Part shown: positions 62,485 to 64,000 of the stretch, piece by piece | How positions within the stretch are numbered: position 1 is the stretch's first letter | How the letters are laid out: each line of letters begins with the position of its first letter | Assembly (NCBI GenBank): GCA_964016885.1 | Contig: OZ024740.1 | Coordinates: 105,710,001-105,774,000, forward strand | Reading direction: 5' to 3' | DNA length: 64,000 nt | DNA from: Eledone cirrhosa | Lineage: Eukaryota | Program-made: the position numbers and the translations under genes | Notes under the pieces: model-generated | Told to the model about the DNA's origin: nothing | Seen by the model: the letters and a program-made list of their open reading frames with translations, nothing else | Databases searched by the model: none

Positions 62485-64000
62485 ACCCTACTATGAGAGC
62501 CACCCGCCACAGCCCAGAGCACTGGGGAGATCAGGCGGCTGTTTGTAGAACAGGATATTGAGCCAGAGCCCTTCACCAGAGAGGAGCTTCAGAGATCCAA
62601 GAAGAGGATCAAGGAGGGCAAGGCTCATGGATAAGATGGAGTGGCATCAGAGGTGATGAAGAGGTGTGATTTTGATGATATCATCCTGGGGTTCTTTAAC
62701 CAGGCACTGGAGAAAGGAGTTTCCCCGAATCAGTGGAGGATCAGTAACATCGTCCCAGTGCCAAAGAAGGGAGATCTCTCTAACACCAACAACTACAGGG
62801 GGATCTCACTGACGGCACTTGTGGCAAAGACCCTCAACAGGATAATTCTTAACAGGATCCAGCCTGAGATGGAGAAGAAGCTCAGGGACAACCAGAATGG
62901 CTTCAGAGATGGAAGAACAACCACCAGTCACATCCTGATGCTAAGAGGGATATTAGAGGGCGCTAGAGCAAAGTGCCTTCCTGCGGTCATGGTTTTCATT
63001 GGCTTTAAGAAGGCCTTTGATTCCATGGACCGTCACTGCTTGATGAAGATCTTACAGGCTTATGGAATCCCCAAGAAGATAGTGGACCTGATATCACTGC
63101 TCTACACCAACATCAAAGCCGAAATCATTACACCTGATGGGATGACAGAGTTATTTGAGATACTGGCTGGAGTGCTCCAGGGAGATACATTGGCTCCTTA
63201 TCATCGTAGTGGACTATTGTATGCGCCTTGCACTGCAGAAACACCAGGACTCTGGCTTTACTGTAGCACCGGCTCAGAGCAGGAGAGTTAAGGCGAAAAA
63301 GGTATCAGATGCTGAATTTGCCGACGACATAATTTTGGTGACAAATACAGTGGAGGGGGCAGAGGATTTGATGCAGGAGGTTGAGATTGTGACGATTAGT
63401 GTGGGGCTGAGAATGAATGAGACTAAAACAAAATATCTGGTAGAGAATGTTGAGAAGCCAGAGGGGATCACCAATGTAGGCGGGAAGCCGCTAGAATTGG
63501 TTGAGGACTTCCTGTATTTGGGAGCAAAGATTGGGAATACGGAAGATGCTGTGGTTGAGAGGAAAAGCAAAGCCTGGGCGGCGTGCCACACATTGAGATC
63601 GGTGTGGAAGTCGGACCTTCGTAAAGACCTGAAAATCCGCCTCTTTATTGCTATAGTGGAGTCTGAGACTTAGACACTGACCAAGAAACTTACTCAGCTG
63701 GTGGATGGCTGGTACACGAGAATGCTGAGGATGGCTCTGAACATTAATCAGTATACACTGAGGATGAAAAACTCAGAGCTGTATGGAAGCCTCCCAAAAG
63801 TCAGCTGAAAAGTGGCACAGAGGAGACTGAGGTTAGCAGGACATGCTCACCGACATCCAGAGTTGACATTGCACTCACTACTCCTGTGGGAGCCCCTACA
63901 TGGACGCACTGGAAGAGGAAGACAAAGGTTAACGTATGTTAATGCCCTGTTGGATCGCAGGACATGGCAGCGATAATGAGGGACAGAGACCCCTGGAGAG
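62485..64000 (+). mobile_element. 5'-truncated RTE-like LINE (same family as 9857-11349), running off the window end
   Basis: ORFs 62641-63291 and 63155-63673 contain NYRGISL, QNGFR, QGDTLAP and FADD. Confidence 0.92.

Overview
This is eukaryotic, AT-rich, microsatellite-dense DNA. The SINE families suggest an octopus or other coleoid cephalopod (inference). No host gene is securely identifiable, and the window is almost entirely transposable elements. It contains seven R4/Dong-clade RLE non-LTR copies from three families, arranged head-to-tail with (TAA)n or (CATA)n tails. It also holds a CRE-like element lacking its RT core, RTE-clade LINEs, a Tx1/L1-like LINE, Penelope-like (GIY-YIG) fragments, a hAT element carrying a 40-bp minisatellite, Helitron ends and tRNA-derived SINEs. 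The strongest signal not explained by the ORF track is RNA-level: about 18 type-I hammerhead ribozyme (HHR) motifs, read by eye. These include a perfect 310-bp x4.65 tandem array with one minimal HHR per monomer (retrozyme-like), a 591-bp dimer whose HHR has a compensatory U3-A8 core, a non-coding Penelope-type element with direct and inverted HHR-bearing repeats, and a 1.64-kb near-perfect palindrome. All calls are manual, and no searches or folding programs were run.
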